The notes under the pieces: model-generated
What the model was told of the DNA's origin: nothing
The model's database searches: none
The model's input: only the letters and a program-made list of their open reading frames with translations
Shown here: piece by piece, positions 62,671 to 64,000 of the stretch
Layout: every line of letters begins with the position of its first letter
Position numbering within the stretch: position 1 is the first letter of the stretch
Program-made: the position numbers and the translations under genes
Source of the DNA: Cetorhinus maximus
Lineage: Eukaryota
Direction of reading: 5' to 3'
Assembly: GCF_964194155.1 (NCBI RefSeq)
Contig: NC_135903.1
Coordinates: 1,054,001-1,118,000 of the forward strand
Length of the DNA: 64,000 nt

Positions 62671-63124
62671 TTTTTTTAAATTCATTATGGGATGTGGGCG
62701 TTGCTAGGCCAGCATTTCTAATTGACCTTGCTCAGAGGGCATTTTTTTTTTAAAGAGCCAACATGGAGTCACATGTAGGCCAGGCCAGGAAAGATTGGAA
62801 GATTCCCTTCCAACAATTGGCAGTGGGTTCATGGTCATCATTAGATCAGATTTTTATTGAATTCAAATTCCACCATCTGGAGGTGTCAGCTGTGGCTCAG
62901 TTCATAGCACCCTCGCCTTTGAATCAGAGGGTTGTGGGCTCATGTCCCACTCCCGGAAACCAAGAACTGTGATTGTACTCGAAAGAATTGCAATCTGTGA
63001 CTGTTGGTAACTCGAAAGAGTTTCCACCATCTGCCGTGGCAGGATTCAAACCCGGGTCCCCAGAGCATTACCCTGGGTCTCTGGATTCCAAGTCTGGTGG
63101 AAATATCACTATGCCATTGCCTCC
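62671..63124 (-). mobile_element. SINE family B interrupted by a 142-bp insert
   Basis: 62671-62879 and 63022-63124 are collinear with 45097-45469. Confidence 0.82.
62880..63021 (+). mobile_element. Short chimeric SINE-like insert (tRNA head plus unrelated tail)
   Basis: Perfect 12-bp TSD TTCCACCATCTG (62868-62879, 63022-63033); head as in 50378-50445; tail with two CTGTGA...CTCGAAAGA repeats. Confidence 0.78.
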
Positions 63125-64000
63125 TCACAATTGGCTTGGTTTCTGTGTAATGCTGTGACAAACTGAGGACCTCTTGTGACGAACAGTTATTTTTATTGTG
63201 ATAATGAGATAATTAAAAATGAAACTGGCTGATAAATGTTGTATTTAACATCCTAAATCCTTATCAGAAAAGTTAGCGCTGACATGGTGACTGAAAAGGA
63301 TAATCTACATCTTCCAGAATCAGCTGCGTATGGATTTAAGTAGCCTAATATTGAATAATGGCAGTGCTAATCTGAGGTTTCTCTCGAAATGGCTGCAGGG
63401 CAGCTTGTCTTTGTGTGTGAGTTTCAGTGCTCGGCAATGGGAAACCCAGTCATGCACAGCAAGCAGGCCATCTGATTAGCTGTGATTGAGTATCGCTGTG
63501 GTGCAGTGTTCCCCTTACATTTCCCCACTGACAAAACTCCACATCAGCCAGAAAAAACACTAAAACTGAGCTTTCATATACTTGTAACTTCACTAAGCGA
63601 TTATTCTCAGTTACTGCTGAGTCTTTTTTCCTTTTGGGGACTGTCTGTTCCATGACTGTGGTCCCATTGCGTTCCCATTTTCATGTTGCATGACAATGTT
63701 ACTTTGGGATTTCTTCCCTCACAATGAAGCAGCGAGCAGAACAATTTTCACACATTGCTATTGGAATTTGGAAATATACAAGACCAAGGATGAACAATAT
63801 GGCCAACTGCCTGTGTCTGGGCAGTAACTTCACATAGCTCTATTATTTTTTCCCCAGATACATGCACAACTATCTTTGTAGTAATATTAGTTCACCACCT
63901 CTGTGCAAAGTTCCAAGTTTGAGGTTTTGCTCTCTTGCTGTACGGTCTTGTGAATGTGCTCAACTTAATTTATCTAGTCCATACCCATAGGATCTTAACC

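Overview
Eukaryotic, repeat-rich, mostly non-coding DNA. The repeat families (CR1 LINEs, Deu-domain SacSINE1-like SINEs, Neptune-type Penelope elements, GGGC-ended PIF/Harbinger elements) point to a vertebrate, most likely a cartilaginous fish (inference). I found no intact multi-exon host gene, rRNA, true tRNA or CRISPR array; nearly all listed ORFs are transposon remnants or chance frames. Main contents: (i) a 5.1-kb decayed but structurally complete Harbinger transposon (convergent HARBI1-like transposase and Myb/SANT genes), an older Harbinger fossil and several related MITEs; (ii) Penelope-like elements with GIY-YIG domains whose terminal repeats carry hammerhead ribozyme cores, including several 100-200 bp fold-back mini-insertions whose junctions cluster just 5' of the ribozyme core; (iii) many CR1-group LINE fragments and two tRNA-derived SINE families, often nested; (iv) a 29-copy 30-bp minisatellite that arose inside a CR1; (v) small solo LTRs; (vi) one candidate short first coding exon at 18076-18166. 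All calls were made by eye, family names are by resemblance only, and boundaries of old repeats are approximate.
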